Positions 37,259 to 51,803 are shown, counted from the first letter of the stretch. The stretch: 64,000 nt of DNA from Aplysia californica (GCF_000002075.1 NW_004797421.1:1205735-1269734); one strand, 5' to 3'. Program-made: numbers and translations. Notes: generated from the sequence alone by a model not told the origin.

Positions 37259-40200
37259 ATGGCTGAACAAGAACAGGTAGCCCCAGAAGTGCAGGGTGAG
37301 GAGGAAGAAGAGAACCCCAACTACAAACCACCTGCACCCAAAGCCCTAGATGAAATCGTCAGCGCAGATGCTGAGGATGAGAGCCTTAGAAAATATAAGG
37401 AAGCGCTGCTTGGTGGTGGACTGGCTGGGAATGTCATTGTAGGTCAGTTGTGTTTCCAACGTATCTTATTCTTTCTGTTCCCCCTGATAAAGCTGGGGGT
37501 TATTCGACTGCAGGTTCTTCAAGCTGTATTGCAACTGATTTTTACGTATGTGAACGTTTTTCCTACTCTGTAGGGTCCCTTGCCTTCAGGAAGCCACATT
37601 CTGCTTTCAAAGGTACTGTGTGTATATTATAGGTACCAGAAACTAAATTTTCAAAGCAGCTGTGTATGCCAAATTTATCTGTTCCGTATATGAAAGGCCT
37701 ATCTTCTGTGAATTTTTATACCATTCTTTAACCCCTCAGTCAATTTTTAAGAAAATGGTAGCTTTTTAACTCATTCGCTACGCCGAGCCGTGGGGGCGGC
37801 GCGGCTAAAGTGCCGTCAGTAGGCTAAGCTGCCCCCGGCGGCGCGAGAACCGATCTTCAATTTTAGTTTAAATTCTATTCCAATCCACATATCCATGTTA
37901 AAATAAAGGTCATAATATAATGTTGACTTCCGGGTCAAGCATTTCCACTGAAAATCGGAAATTTAGATTCAGTTTTGAAACGCGATTTCGTAGTTTATCT
38001 TACTTTGTTTTATCGCGATGCCAAAATTATAGCCCGGACACCAGTTTTTGTAATTTTACACAACAAAATCTATCATTATTTTGCCCACTAAAGAAGTGTA
38101 GGACTCTTTTTTATAATATTGATACGATTGGACTCATATTGCCAATACACTGTTATTGAGAAATCAATATTTTTGAGTGCTAGATCTAGGTCTAGATCTA
38201 GATCTAAATAGTCAAAATATTTTTTTCTCCCCAAAATCACTACTTTTTTTATGAAATTACACAAAAAGTGCCACTCAAGACATGTATAGGTGTATTCCAA
38301 ATGCAATTCTGAATAATTCCATATAAGTATAAGATACGAGCGGGTATTTTTCTGTTTGTGATCATTTTTGAAGATTATAAAAAAATTTTTTCAATATCGG
38401 ATGTTATGTTCAAAATGTACAACAAATATTATGGAATGTAGGTAATTAAATGCAAACTTTTCAATATTTTCCAGTTCTATACTCATTTATGGTTATTTTG
38501 ATGTATCATTTGACTAGGTGCAAACATATTTTTTGAGTTTCACTAAAAGATTATAAATTTTTTATTTCCAAATTTTATCCGCATCCAATCAAAACTGTGT
38601 TGCATAATCGTCTCTTACAGGAACCAAAGTTGAAAAATACATAAATAAACATTACAGATGTATTCTACAAACCATACTGAAAATATTGGTATATAATACG
38701 TTGATATTTATTTGAATTTGTGGCCCCAAAGACCTTTTAACTGCCCACTAGCCATCATCTCTTTCGCTCTCCCAAAAAAAATTCATCCACAAGCCGAAAA
38801 TAATACGTAGCGAATGAGTTAAATATGATCACCTATTGCTTAAGTCGCTAACTGGCTGCAATCCCAGGTTTGACAGATAATGAAAGAGTACTAAATTCAC
38901 CAAACATTCACATTAACAGAGTACAATAACTATAACATAGATATGGAGCCTAATTTTTTTCAAGACTGTCAGATCATTACAAATCAGTACTTTTTTAACC
39001 TCAAACACGATAATCTGTCTTTATTTAGATAAAAACACCGAGTGCTATCCCGGCCTATGCCGCACCGGCCCCTGCGGCGAGGGAGTCGTCTCGTACGCTG
39101 TAGTGTACTTTAGTGTACTAAGTGGGGGGGTCACATACTTTCCGAGTTTTGCGGATGGACTGATGCAAAATAATTCCAAGCCGATTGCTTTATTCTAATA
39201 GAAAATGAACTACTCTTTCTATTGGTACCTTTTTTGAGCCGGTATTTTACATATTTCGTTTTTAAAAATGATCTTTGAAAACTTGAACGGTGTTTTTAAA
39301 GGCCTTGTATTTAAACGCCAAAGGCCAAAAATATACCATTGGGAAGCCCTTTCAAAGCTCTACAGTTCTCCGCCAATAAAAAGACGGTATTTAATTATCA
39401 ATCTCTCAGCAAAGCATTTGAATGCATGCATGTACATTTTTTAACCAGCTGACCGCGAGGGGCTTCGCTTTCCATTGCGATTCTTCAGCTCCAAATAATG
39501 GGATATATAAACAACTTACACCATTGTAACGAGGAAAAGCTGCACTTTTACAAGGTGTTTATAGCATTTGATGTTTTATAACGAAAGAGCAAAGAAACAG
39601 CAATCTGATTTATCCCGATTTCACCGAAACCACGAGCTCGGAAGGCGGTGAGGCCATGTGTACACTACCTAATATATATATATATATTTTAATACTTACT
39701 AGAGTATTTTCAATTTTGATAGGAATAGATTTTAATTTTTGCCCTGGTTTTGGCTGAAACCTACTCATCAATCCTAGGACCACCCAGGGATCTTTAACTT
39801 TAACGTTGGCAACTTGCATAGGGGTCCTCCAAGACTTTTCGCCTTTGTCTGAGAAAGCTAGGTGTTAGATCTTACCTACTTTATGCTTGGACGGCCAGGT
39901 CTGGCTCGGTTTTGAATAGACCAGGTCTCAACGTGCTGTTTTCTTAGTTGGAATATAGTCCTTCTGCTGACGTTGAATGATCAAGGGTTACATAAACGCA
40001 GACTTAAACTTCATAAAAATCAAAGAATAAAAAAAAAACCTGCCAGGTGGTAGGGAAAAAAATCTGAATGTTCTGGGGGGGGGGGTTCATAGTGGTGCTG
40101 TGAACACATTATGAAGCACATGAAGCACAAAAATTTTACTTTTTTTCTTTACATTACCTACTGTTCAGAGTACGTTGTACTATCCTATGAAAGATGAAGT

Positions 40201-42928
40201 GTAAAGGCTTAAAAGACTAGATTTTTTACTCAATCAAAAAGTGGTAGGCCTACCTTTCTTTTGATAGCCAGTATATAAGTGCCAGATAGAGAATCTGGGT
40301 TTTCAAAGAAAATACTATGTGAACAGTTTTTCAATGTACCCATGATGTAATTCACAGCTGACATTTTTTAAAGATTTATAAGCCTGTAAACTTTATATTT
40401 TCTGAAAATTGTGTTGCACCCAGATTATATCCTTATAAGGTACTATGTCTTTGTTTCAAGACTTCCTTATATGCTAATAGAGTCCTATTGCATTTATTTT
40501 CTTCTCACTTTTTTTCCTCTCTATTCTCCAGATCCGAACAACGAAAAGAAGGTCATTGTCCAGAAGCTGTCTCTGCTTGCAGAAGGAAGGGACGAAATCT
40601 TCATTGACCTCACAAGTATGTAGCTCAAGTGTTACATCTTGCAGACTTTTGAAAAATGAAATATTTGCTGTAATCTTTCCACCAGGTTAATTACAGTTCG
40701 TTGTTCATTGATTTTTGTTGGGGGGGGGGGATAATTTCAGTTATATTGGTGATATTTTCTGTTCTCTGGAAAAATGTATTGTTAAAATCAGGAACGGTAG
40801 TAATGAACCAAGAAGTAAATACAGTATAACATGGATAGCTCGAATTCGTCGGGACCAGCCTCTGTAGTTCAAGGAATATATGAACAATGAAAACAAGGGG
40901 GGAAAACGGAACCGCTTGCACAGTTCGACGGATGCATGATTTCGAGTCTTCTGTGTTCGACCTGTGCCTGTTATACTGTAGTATAAGATTTAATGTAGCC
41001 TTTCTTGTACCATAAAGGAAAGTTTTAATAGTTCTGTCAACGGTATATGAGGGGGGTTTTTTTCCTTCTGAACAATCAAAATGAAATAGTTGACTTGTAT
41101 GACATTAAAATTAATTGTTCTTTCTCAGCTAAGACACTAGTTAGATTTCAGCTTGGCTTTTTTTGGTTTGTTTGAGATATTGTGATGATGTCAATTCTCA
41201 ATGTATGCACTCAGCTTGATAGAAAATCTAATGACTTTTGAGTTTTTTAAATAACCTTTTAAGAAATAATGTTCACAATTTGTATGCTACTTTGGTAACT
41301 ATGTTTACGTTTTTGTTCCTCAGGACCTGAAGATGAAATCAAGAAAGAGTGTTTTACTCTGAAAGAAGGCTGCAAGTACCAGATCAAGATCTACTTCTAC
41401 GTGCAGAGAGAAATTGTGTCGGGTCTGCGATATGAGCACAAAGTCTACAGGAAAGGCATCTCAGGTAAGTACCAAAAAGATCTGTGTGTTCTCCAACAAT
41501 TGCCTAGATTCCAGCAATTTTTCAGCTGAATTTTATTTTCCCTTTTTTTTAAAATGACTTTATAAAAAAAAAACAGTCCATATTTTTGCCGCTGAGGGTT
41601 TCAAGCCTGTTGTGTTATATTTGTGGTGTGTCAGCAGTTGTGTCTAGTGATACAGACATCGCACTTGTAGTGTGTTAAAAATTGTATCCCGGAATTCCAT
41701 GCCTATTTATAGTAGTGTCATGTTTTTAGGTCGAGGATTCTTAGCATGGATACCTTGCCCTTTTGCTATGCACCCCAGAACACTATGTCCTGTTTCCACG
41801 GACACGTGTATTTTGATGTGGGGTATGTGATCTTCTCAACATTGCTGAACCTGAACCCAAGAGAAACAGAGCATGTTTTACATTTCACGGAGTGGAGTTT
41901 TTTCAGCGCATAAAACATGTAGTTACTAATGTCCTGTCTTCTTGTGTGTATGCGTGAGTGCACCATACCTTTGTAACATCCACTGCCATTGTAAATGACA
42001 AAGACAAAAATTTCTCCTTGTGAGATGAATAAAAATTGTCATTGTCTCTGTAGCCCGATCTGTAAGGAAGTTATAGTTTGAAGTACAAGAAGTTCGTGGC
42101 AGAAATCCCTGAGAGTGGAGTGGCAATTGACAGTTTGTGTTTGTTTTTTTCTCATATTTTTGTTCATGTTTTATAATAGTATGATATTTTTATAGTTATA
42201 GCACTCCATCCTGATTAAAAAGCACAGCCTCTGGTCGCTTTGCTTTACATACAAGAAAAAAAAAGATTTTTTGTTAGGTTTTTTTTTTTTTTTTGTTTTG
42301 TTTCCATTTATTAATTCATACCCCCATTCTGTTTGTTTTTTTGTCTTAGGCCATTCCCAAAGGGAAGATATTAACATGTTCTTATGCACAGTAGAATTGT
42401 AAATGGGCTGATTTATCAATGCCATGCTCATACTGTGCTGGAACTACATAGGGGGAACTGCTGGTTTTTCTTTCCTCATCCTCACTATCGTCATTTTTTC
42501 TTTACTTTTTTTTGTTTTTGTTTGTCACTCTCTTTTTAATTGCTTTTTTTTCGAGGTGCCTTTATAGTCGAAGCAGACTGTGTGCTGTTGAGGCTAGAGA
42601 GGTGAGCAGAGTAAGCCCGATTCCCCGTTTAGGCTTCTTTGTTGACATCCACCCCTTGGCGCTCTTTTGACCTTATGCAGTTGCATGTTCCACAAAACCT
42701 TACTAGAACAAACTTTTTTTTTCCTTTGTGACAGTGGACAAGATGAAGCAGATGATGGGAAGCTATGGGCCAAAGACTGAACTCCAGTCCTTCACTACGC
42801 AAACAGAGGACGCCCCTTCTGGTCTTCTCATGAGAGGAGATTACAAAATCAAGTCAAGATTTGTGGACGATGACCAAAACGAATATGTGACATGGGAGTG
42901 GCACCTCGCTGTCAAGAAAGACTGGTGA
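37259..42928 (+). CDS. ARHGDIA: Rho GDP-dissociation inhibitor (RhoGDI)
   Basis: Exons 37259-37442, 40532-40615, 41324-41464 and 42735-42928 are in frame. Motifs: NYKPPAPK...DAEDESLRKYKEALLG, FTLKEGCKY...VQREIVSGLRY, MMGSYGPK...EDAPSGLLMRG...FVDDD...WEWHLAVKKDW*. Non-coding exon 1 ends at the donor at 36157. The symbol reflects the invertebrate pro-orthologue of ARHGDIA/B/G. Confidence 0.95.
37770..38818. mobile_element. Non-autonomous piggyBac-like (TTAA) DNA transposon in a RhoGDI intron
   Basis: Perfect 13-bp TIRs CTCATTCGCTACG / CGTAGCGAATGAG, flanked by TTAA on both sides; no transposase ORF. Confidence 0.85.
40822..40978. mobile_element. Tc1/mariner (pogo/Tigger-like) MITE
   Basis: TA-CAGTATAAC...GTTATACTG-TA termini and internal TTCGA motifs. 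Confidence 0.75.
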
Positions 42929-45900
42929 TCGCACCTCTTGTCCACTAGCTAGAGCATTGCTTTCATGTACAAAGGTTACTTGTTTTTTTGTTCTAATTGT
43001 TGTCGTTTTGTGACGTTTTTTTTATGTGTTTTCTTTTAAAACCGTCTTTGTAATGAGCTTCCTCAGTCTTTGAAAGCCCCTACACAATAGTACAAAGCCA
43101 TTCAGCATTTTTATCATTTTGGGCCAATAGATTTACGTGTCTTCATTTTTTCATGAGAAATGGTACAAAAGTGGTCTAGTCTCTGAGCCCCTCTCACCGT
43201 ATGATTGATATACACCTACAGATTTGTAACTTAGTTTTTATATTTTATACATGTTGTTTGGTTTTTTGGGGGGGTTTTTTATAGTGGTGTATTGATGAAA
43301 TTAGAAACACATTTGTGTTGGTTTTTGCTACTCAATTTTGTTCCAGTTGACCTAAATGTAGGCTGCAGCATGAGTCAGTGTGATTTGTGTGTTTGCTGAG
43401 GCCAGAATTCTGTACATCTTTTGTAACTGTTTGTGCAAAAAGTCTGTACCTGATAATACATGTCATGTCATAATATACTTTGTGCCAATTAGGTTGGAAA
43501 CATTGAAATGTTCAGTTTTCCTGCACTCAAACGCTGTGCACATGGGTTGTTTTTTTTAAATTGGGGTTTGGTTTTTTTCCCCATTTCAGTTTCAGCTTTC
43601 TTGAGAAAAGTTTTTTTTTAGTCATGTATTTTGCTGTCTTCATGGTTTTCTATGTGCAGTCTTGATGACCAATATGTGCATACAGCCATCAAAAGAATCC
43701 AGCTCGAGATTAATTCAGAGATTTTCTTGTGAAGGCGCCTTTGTTGCTATACTGTCAGTGTTTTCTTCAAATATATATAGAATTTATTTTCTTTTCATAT
43801 GGGGATTTACGATGCATATTTTGCACACCATCTCAACATATCCGACATTGCTCTCAGTGTGTGAGTTCTGGGAGGCATCTTGTTGTAGGTTTAGTTTTGT
43901 ACAAAGTTTTGGTATACGTGTCATGTGTTTTGTAAAGAAAAAAAACTAAGGCAAACAGATGGAGGGTTGTGTAAAGGTATGTTGTCGGGAAATGCACGTT
44001 TCAACTGCAATGTGAGTGAGATCACAGCGTTTGGCTGGTAGTGGTAGGATTTGCGTGTGTGTTTGGTTTGGGGTTTGTTTTGTTAGGGGTTTTTTCCTAC
44101 AGCAAACCAAGAAGAATTGAGTTGATAGCAGTACACATGAAGTCATGAAGTATGTCGTGTAGGTCAGTCTACTGAGAAACCAGGGCTCTAGTTTTAATTT
44201 ATCCCCTTCTTATTGTGCACCATTATCTTGTCCTGACAACAAAATGGTCCTGGAGATGGCCGAGAGACTGCTCTGGCATTTCAACTGCAAGACCTGATGT
44301 TCCTTGTGAACTTCACATTTCATTGATATTAACAATAGAACAAAGGTGCATTCCAGTTTTTGTTTCGAATGTTTGGTCTCCTTAAATCCTCGTAGGGAAG
44401 AATCAGACTGTCTTAAGTATGCTAGATTTTTAAAGTTATTTCCGCTTTACAAACTTTGACAAATGGCACAAAAAAACTGTGGCTGTTTTTTATTAGAAAA
44501 AAAAAAATCCTTCTGTAAATTTACTAGCAAGATTGTTCTGGTGTGTTGGAGCTAGCGCGTGTTGTGCTGTCCCATTACGTCGATCGTGTGCCGTGAAGGC
44601 ACCGTGTTCGGTCCTTCTCTCATGTTTCAGCTGTAGACCTTCTGACCACTGGCCCATTCACCATGTAGAGAAAGGGCTTCAGCATGGTGGTCATATCTTC
44701 ACTATCATTTTCCTCTGGTCAATTCAATAATCTCCTGTACGTCACTTTTGTTCTCATTTTCCACTGCTTTTATCTGCTATCATGTTTTTACAGCTATGTT
44801 ACAGCTGCACATAGCCTATTTTTGTACGGACGTGCCTTTTTTCTACTCTGATTTCTCAACATAATCTTTAAGGTAAGACTAGTTTAAAACTCATCAGGTA
44901 CAAAGCTGCTTTTTTTTTTTTTTTTTCCCCCCTTCCCCTTCCCCCTTCCTTCATGAAAGAAACATAATATTGAGCTTGGCTGTTTTGACATAATCATTGA
45001 CTATATATATCTATACTATAATTATAATGCTGTCTTTTCTCACTGCTGTTTCTTGTACTGTCAACTGTGCTGTGCTGCTTCTCTCCCCTCAAGCCTGGCT
45101 TGACTTTTCCCTTCACAAATTGTGCAGCAGTTTTTGCATTCCCAGTCTCTGGGTCTGACCATTAAACGAAACAAACAAAAAAAAAACCTTACCCAATACG
45201 CATTTTGTCTTTGCTTTTGCTTGTGAGCCCATGTGGATTGAAAACACATCATGTCCGTGTTAGTGTTGCCTTTTGAAAATTGCTGCTTTTTGGTTCAGTT
45301 CTACTATTGTGTGTTTTAATTTGGGGTTTTTGGGGGGGATTTTTAAAACAATGTTGCTGTTCAACATGTCGAGCTAGCTCAAACACTTTTCTGGCTGCAA
45401 ATAGAAAGTGTCGGACAGAGCAGGATCTATAGAGGCAGGTGTCCCCGCATTTTGTAAGGCAGCCACCATCTTACTGAACTAACTTCTAGTTCTATTATGC
45501 AAGAATTTGCTGGCTTTGTCAGACAGGTTTCGCTTTCATCATCTTGTCTTCATGTGCATGGAGAATACATATGATATATATATACACACTTTTCAAATGT
45601 TTCACAACTCTGCCTTTCGGGTTTTCTTTGTTTTTTTATTTCTGTTATTGTTACAACTCTACTAGCATTAGCACTTAGTTCTAGCCTGTTCATTGGCTCA
45701 AGTTTTTAGTGTCCAAACTATGCCTCTTTCTCTTTCTTTTCTGTCTCTTACTGGAACTCTTTCAATTTTGCTCTATCATTTGTCTAATCTTATCTGTTTT
45801 TCGGTCTGCCTTCTGCAAGTTATCTGGAAAAGTCGTGGTGGAAGTAATGAGGGAAGATCAATAGACTTGAGCTATAAACACTCATGTCTGTCACTATCAA

Positions 45901-46549
45901 GGGTCTACAGCACCTTCCTGTCCCGTTAGGAGGTGCGAGGTGAAGTCATTCCTGTGGTTCAGTGAATTTGTTTTATAGAAGCTTGAATTAAGGGGGGAAA
46001 TGGATCTGAAATAGGATTGAACAGTGGCCATCCAAACTGGCAGGAGCAGAAAACACTCTTATTTTCGTACAAAGTGAAAGGTTGTCTGTGTTAGTAGGGT
46101 ACACCTGGGTAGACACACTGTGTTGGTAAACGGTTGTGTATAGTGGCGTCAGTAGACTACTGTATTTTCTGGCCCACAAAGTCATGGGGTAAGCTTGGTT
46201 CAGTTACAATTTTACAGCGCTAACAACACCATTAGGTCATCGTATACTCTGCAGAGCCTTTAGCTGGAAAGGAAGGATTCGAAAGCAGGAGCAGAAAATT
46301 GAGATTAGGAAAAGAAAAGTCCAGAAGAGATATATAGTATAATATGGGGAAACTCACACAGTGATGACTTGTGAGTGTATTCCCCTTATGAACCCAAGTG
46401 TGACTGCGTAAAGTTTACCCTTCTATTCTAAGCGCATACCCCAAGCCTCAGTGTGCTGTGGTGTAAATCGAGCAGTCAAGCCAAAGCAGCCCAAAGTACG
46501 GGTCCTGTAGACTCGGGTCGACTTGTTACATTTTTAATACAACAATTTC

Positions 46550-46742
46550 TGGTTGGCAGGTGTTCTACTGGTGTGGTTTGCTCTCTCCTTCACTATCCGT
46601 CAAAATCAAGCATTTGTTGTCCTGATCTCTCCTCCTTTTTTGTGCTTGTTACTCTCTTGGGAAACCTCTTTACTCTAATCTTCAGCACTTTTATGACCTA
46701 ATTGTGTTGCAAGTGCCATAAAACGCTTACTAAAAACAAAAA
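46550..46742 (+). mobile_element. ~175-bp retroposon copy
   Basis: Matches the consensus on the + strand. Other partial copies lie at 8887-9003 (-), 37035-37115 (+), 42658-42712 (+) and 48533-48625 (-). Confidence 0.75.
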
Positions 46743-47349
46743 ACATCTTCTATTCTTCTACTTGTGTACTATCCACTGTCCAGTTATATGTTCCACAAGA
46801 TGTGAACTCTTGTCTTTTGCGTGCGATGGCGAAGGGCCTTGCACAGCTGCACCACAATGCTAACAAGTTAAAGTTAAATGGACTTTACTTTTCCGATCCA
46901 GCGGCCATCTGGGTTCCAGCCCTTCGGCCTGTCGATATGTCAAAGAATGAAGTTAAATTTTAAATGGACAACAAGCTCACAGTACCCCATCCTTAGCCAA
47001 AATAGCAAGTTTCTTAGTTTTAATCCTGCCTAACCTCGGAAAGTAGAAGAGAAGGGAAAGTGCAACAACTGCATGTGTACATGTACGATGAATTGAACTG
47101 TTTAGTGGTTAACCCTATCCATATGCCCTGGGGTCATTTTGTACCCCCAGTGTTGTATTCTTCGTTTTAGAATACTTCTACTTCTAGTACGAAGATCTCT
47201 TTGAAACTTTCAGTATTTCTCAAAAAATCATTTTGACAGACAGCTATGCAAAGCGTACCGATCGGATTAATGAGTAAATATCTTGTGATTGTGAAAGTGG
47301 TGGCACAGAGTTCCCCACATCGTATGGATACGATGTAAAACAAGACGTA

Positions 47350-47640
47350 CTGATAGGGTTGAACTGTTGGGCTCATAACCAAAAGATCTTGGATTCGAAC
47401 TAAGTCTGGGGGCCTCATGTTTATCCTTGGGAAAGGCACTTCACAATTTTCCTCACTTCACCCAGTGAGAATAGTTACCCAGCTTTAGACTATAGACATC
47501 AAAAGATTGCGTTTCTTGGTCTCCAAGCTGGTAATCAGATGCTTGCACTGTAAGCATCCCACTCAACATTAAGCTCAATGTGCTTTATAATCTGAGTGGG
47601 GAGTGGAATATGCACTACAGATAATGCTATTTATTATTTT
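47350..47640 (+). mobile_element. tRNA-derived SINE with CORE-like domain (related copy ~20490-20650)
   Basis: GGATTCGAAC B-box, TCCTTGGGAAAGGCACTT...TCCTCAC...ACCCAG, and an ATT-rich tail. Confidence 0.6.
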
Positions 47641-47919
47641 TTAACAATTTATTCTTGTCTGTGCATGGGTTGTACATCCTGTAGTGTTCGGTTCGTCTGT
47701 TCGCAACAATCCTAGCTAGCTTTTGTTATTCCATGGATGGAGGTAAAAGATCCCACACGCTGACTTCCTGTTCTCATTCAAGTGGTTCAAGTACATGTAG
47801 CCTATATGGGTGTAGTTGATTCATTTGGCACTTTAGGTACTAAACCACAGACTCTAGCGTTTCATTCATCTGTCTGTGTCACTTTTTCTGTGCCTTCCTG
47901 ACTCCTGTGACTGCTGTTG

Positions 47920-48094
47920 TTTAGTTTTAGCAAGAGTTTTACAGCACTTGCAACACAATAAGGTCATTCAAATGCTGAAGATTAGAGGTGTTACAAGAGA
48001 GTAACTTACACAAACATGGAGGAGAGATCAGGACGATAGATATTTGACAGGAAAGAAGGAGCAAACCACACTAGAGCACCCGCCAACCAACCAC
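47920..48094 (-). mobile_element. ~175-bp retroposon family, subfamily A
   Basis: Same consensus; 11-bp TSD GACTGCTGTTG. Confidence 0.85.
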
Positions 48095-48239
48095 GACTGC
48101 TGTTGCAAGTGCTCTCTCCCTTCCAAACCACCCGTGTGTGTCCACATCTATTAAATTGTATATCTATGCAACGAATATTGGCGGTGTACACTGAAACGTT
48201 CAACAATGGTATTTTTTCAACTTGGCACACAAAATGCTT

Positions 48240-48410
48240 CCAGCTCATTTGGTATCGTGCAGGACTACAAAGCAGATGGCCCTGGTTCGAATCCTCTACG
48301 GGCTGGGTGCTCTTGAACTTGGATGTTTTAAAGAGGTTTTGAGGCTCTCTGCCTATTTGGCTTGGTCCTACTAAAGACCATGGACTAAAGGACCCACCTC
48401 TTAAATAACA
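48240..48410 (+). mobile_element. tRNA-head SINE
   Basis: A box AGCTCATTTGGT and B box GGTTCGAATCC, but no complete cloverleaf acceptor stem. Confidence 0.55.
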
Positions 48411-51400
48411 GATTACAATGTTGAAAGGGGCATTAATTAAATCTGTACACAACGCAAGCACAGGAGGTAAATGACGTACTTAATTAAGTTGCACACAGCA
48501 TACAAACGCCGAAAATTAGTAGAGTCGCTCGAGTAACATACAAGGAACAGGAGGAGAGATAATGAAAATACAAGTACATGTATGTTTTGACAGAGGAAAG
48601 GAGCAGCAGCCGCCAACCACCCACACAGGAGAAGGTAAAGATAAGTCGCAACTAGTCACCACAAGTACTTCTGTTCTTTTGTTCCCATGACTAAATAGTA
48701 AAAAGAAGTTTAACAGCACATGTAGTATGAAGTGAAATGGGAAAAAAGCAAGAGAAAAATAAATAATCTAGGAGCTCTCCAACCACTTGCATCATGCATG
48801 TACTACAAGTACCAGGGTACAACATAATAGAAAAAAAAAGCACCCTGCACCACACTTACTCATTAATGGCAGCACGCACACAAACACAAAAAAACACGGC
48901 AAATAATACAAACATGAGCAATCACCAGGGATAGTTTTTCATATTTTTATTGCAGTCACTCCACTTCATCAGGCCAAATACACAACATACAAATTGTAAG
49001 TTACAGTGCCTTATTCATGGGTCTCAAAACTGTTCCAACCCTTTCACAAGACTCCGTAAATCTCCCTTCCCTTCCCTTCACATTCACTACATACGCTCCA
49101 TGAAATAGGCTCCGGGGCAGCAAGATATTAACAATCTATTTCATTAAAACACAAGAATGAAAAACGAAAATGGGAGAGAGCAAAAAATGTAGCAATACGC
49201 TGAAAAATAACACCATCTCTACAATATGAAAACTCTGAAACATGAGAAGAACGCATGAAGAAAAAAAAAAGAATGTGGTGTGGGAGGGAAAAATATTGAA
49301 AAAAATGTAGATTTGATAATCAAATGGCGTGTGTTTAGTTAAGAGTATCCAAAAAGAAAGTAGAGACCACCTACCGCCAGTGGTACTCACCACACACAGA
49401 TCTAGAGGGACTTGTCAAGCCACACGGTCCCCTTTTATAGCAAACCATGCCGCGGGGCCTCGCAGACACATCAGAGGAAAGAGAGAGAGAAAACAAAAGA
49501 CCATGGATTTAGTACCACAGTAGTATGCAGCCACCTCAACCACAAAACACATACACGCACGCCTACTACTCTAAAGACTGCATTAGTATCACATCCACGT
49601 TATAGGAATGGTAGCTAGCTGTCCAGAAACCAACATTCAAGTGTTACTGTTACATATATTATATGAGGTTTGTCTGGGGGGCGGGCCATGGTAAATCTAT
49701 AGACCTATCTATCTACACGTTTATTATCTCTGTATATCTGAGGTAACGAGTGTCGCCATCCAATGTGGGGGTGCCAGAACCACACAGTACAAACATATGA
49801 GCATGCCCTGGTACACACCCCGTCTTTTCCGCAGTTAGTTCTAGTTCTACATTCCCGGAGAACACCAGCAAGGGGGAGGGCCACCATCCAAGAGATGTGT
49901 GCACCAGTCAAAGAAACAACAACAGCAGCGCTGTGTTTGTAGCGTGTGATAGATCACCCAACAGCAGAGAAAAGATTTGCTGTGACACTCGCTTCCGACC
50001 AAAAAGAAAAAATCAAATTAAACAAAGCTGTAGACCTATTGGGTCACAGCACACAATATATCATCTCTCTCTCAGCATAAAATGTCAGGGCCTAATGCTC
50101 AACGCCTTCACCACTACTGTCTGTCAATGTCAGGAGTCAGAATACAAGACCTGTACGTACCACCCAGCACTGAGTCAGCACACACACCACCCAGCACCGA
50201 GTCGGCACAGACCATCTAGCACCCGTGTCACCACCACCGGTGGGGGCCGACATGTGCCCAACAGCGAGACAACAAAACTCTCGCTGTGACACGGGGAAAG
50301 GAGACAACTTCCTCCAACGACTACTACGGTACATGACGTGATGCCAACCATGTGTGCTCACAATTCAAACTCAAAGGAAAAGATGTCACCAACCACAGCA
50401 CCGTGAACTTTCACTTGACCTCACCATAAGCAAAGAATCATGAAAAACTCTGATAATTAATCATTATCCATTCGACTCACCTTTTACTTTTTCCCCCACT
50501 TACCTCCAGCAGTTTCCAATACAAAATCTCCCAAATCCACGACTACATCCATCTATAACTTACAAACATGTTAACGACATTAGCATAACACCTATGCTTC
50601 TCTCATCGGGGAACTTACTTGGCAGTGTAACTGAATTCAAAGGATGTGGTCCCTACCACGCATTGTACATTGTCTCAATGGCACCGATTTCTTACGCCTG
50701 AAAACTGAAAAACACGAATCTGATAAAAAAGAATCACTATTTTTAATATCTCAAAAAGAAAGTAAACTAAACAAGGAACAAAATTATTATTTGAATTATC
50801 AAATTTATATGAGGGCCCAATGCAGCTTACGAGCAAAACTGATTTTTTTTCAAATACACAAATGTCTTCTATTTCATTTGAAAAAGTCAAAAAAGTATCA
50901 ATCAAGTCCAAAAGAGGCTACAACAATGATAGTGCATAACAGGAAAACCAGTGCAATGGGTCATCACCAGGAGTGAAAATAGCGATGGTACGGTGAAAGA
51001 TGAAATTGTGAGACATGTCTAACCTTGTATCCTGGACAGCCGAGGCACACTCAACACCCAATCATGTATCCAAAGCTAATTACGGGTATCTAAACGCATC
51101 ATCGCCGCAGACTAGGCTACACTCCCCCCATATTCCCCATCATCCTGGCCACTCATATCTTTTTTATTTTCATGGGTAGCTGCACTATATCATTACGGTT
51201 AACATTTCCAGTTTTTCACAAAACCCACAGTGCTTACCCTAAAAGACTGTTCGTTCCGGTAGAAAACGGTCAACCTATCCGTAATAACGTGTTTTAAAAA
51301 AGTCCAATGTTCACGGTGCCGGGTGGGAGCCCAGAGGCCCAACAGCACAGCGGCTGTGACAACTTCTTCCCCTCACTTGAGATCAAAAACAAGTCCACAA

Positions 51401-51803
51401 AACCAAGCCAACAACACACACACATTATGCACACCGTAACCCCACACGACACGTCAACGGCTCTCATCGCCAACAATTGCGTTGGGGGCAACAGCGCTGC
51501 CCAACAGCCAGCAGCTAGCTGTGATGAGGCCAATCAAAGCGTGGGACATTTGGGACACGGCAGCGACGGGAATAAACCACAATGTGAGAACATCAAGAGG
51601 GGAGAGAGAGAGCGAGAGAGAGCACCAACCTTTGAAACAACGTCCATTGAGAGCACCCGGCAACAAAACCCTCAACCACAGCAAACCAGGTACATACGAC
51701 TAACCTTTGGCCTGACACACTCACACACACACACTTCAGTCTCTCGTGTCAATAAACAAGGAATACACATGATCTAAACCAAGGCTTGACACACACACAT
51801 ACA

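Noticed and set aside
42926-42931. TGA stops of RhoGDI and LITAF as selenocysteine or readthrough sites
   Set aside because: Both coincide with the conserved C-termini, have no readthrough context, and no SECIS was recognised.
48240-48312. Possible tRNA gene (also a reverse-strand tRNA-like head near 16250-16312)
   Set aside because: A/B boxes are present but the acceptor stem does not pair and there is no poly-T terminator; better explained as SINE heads.
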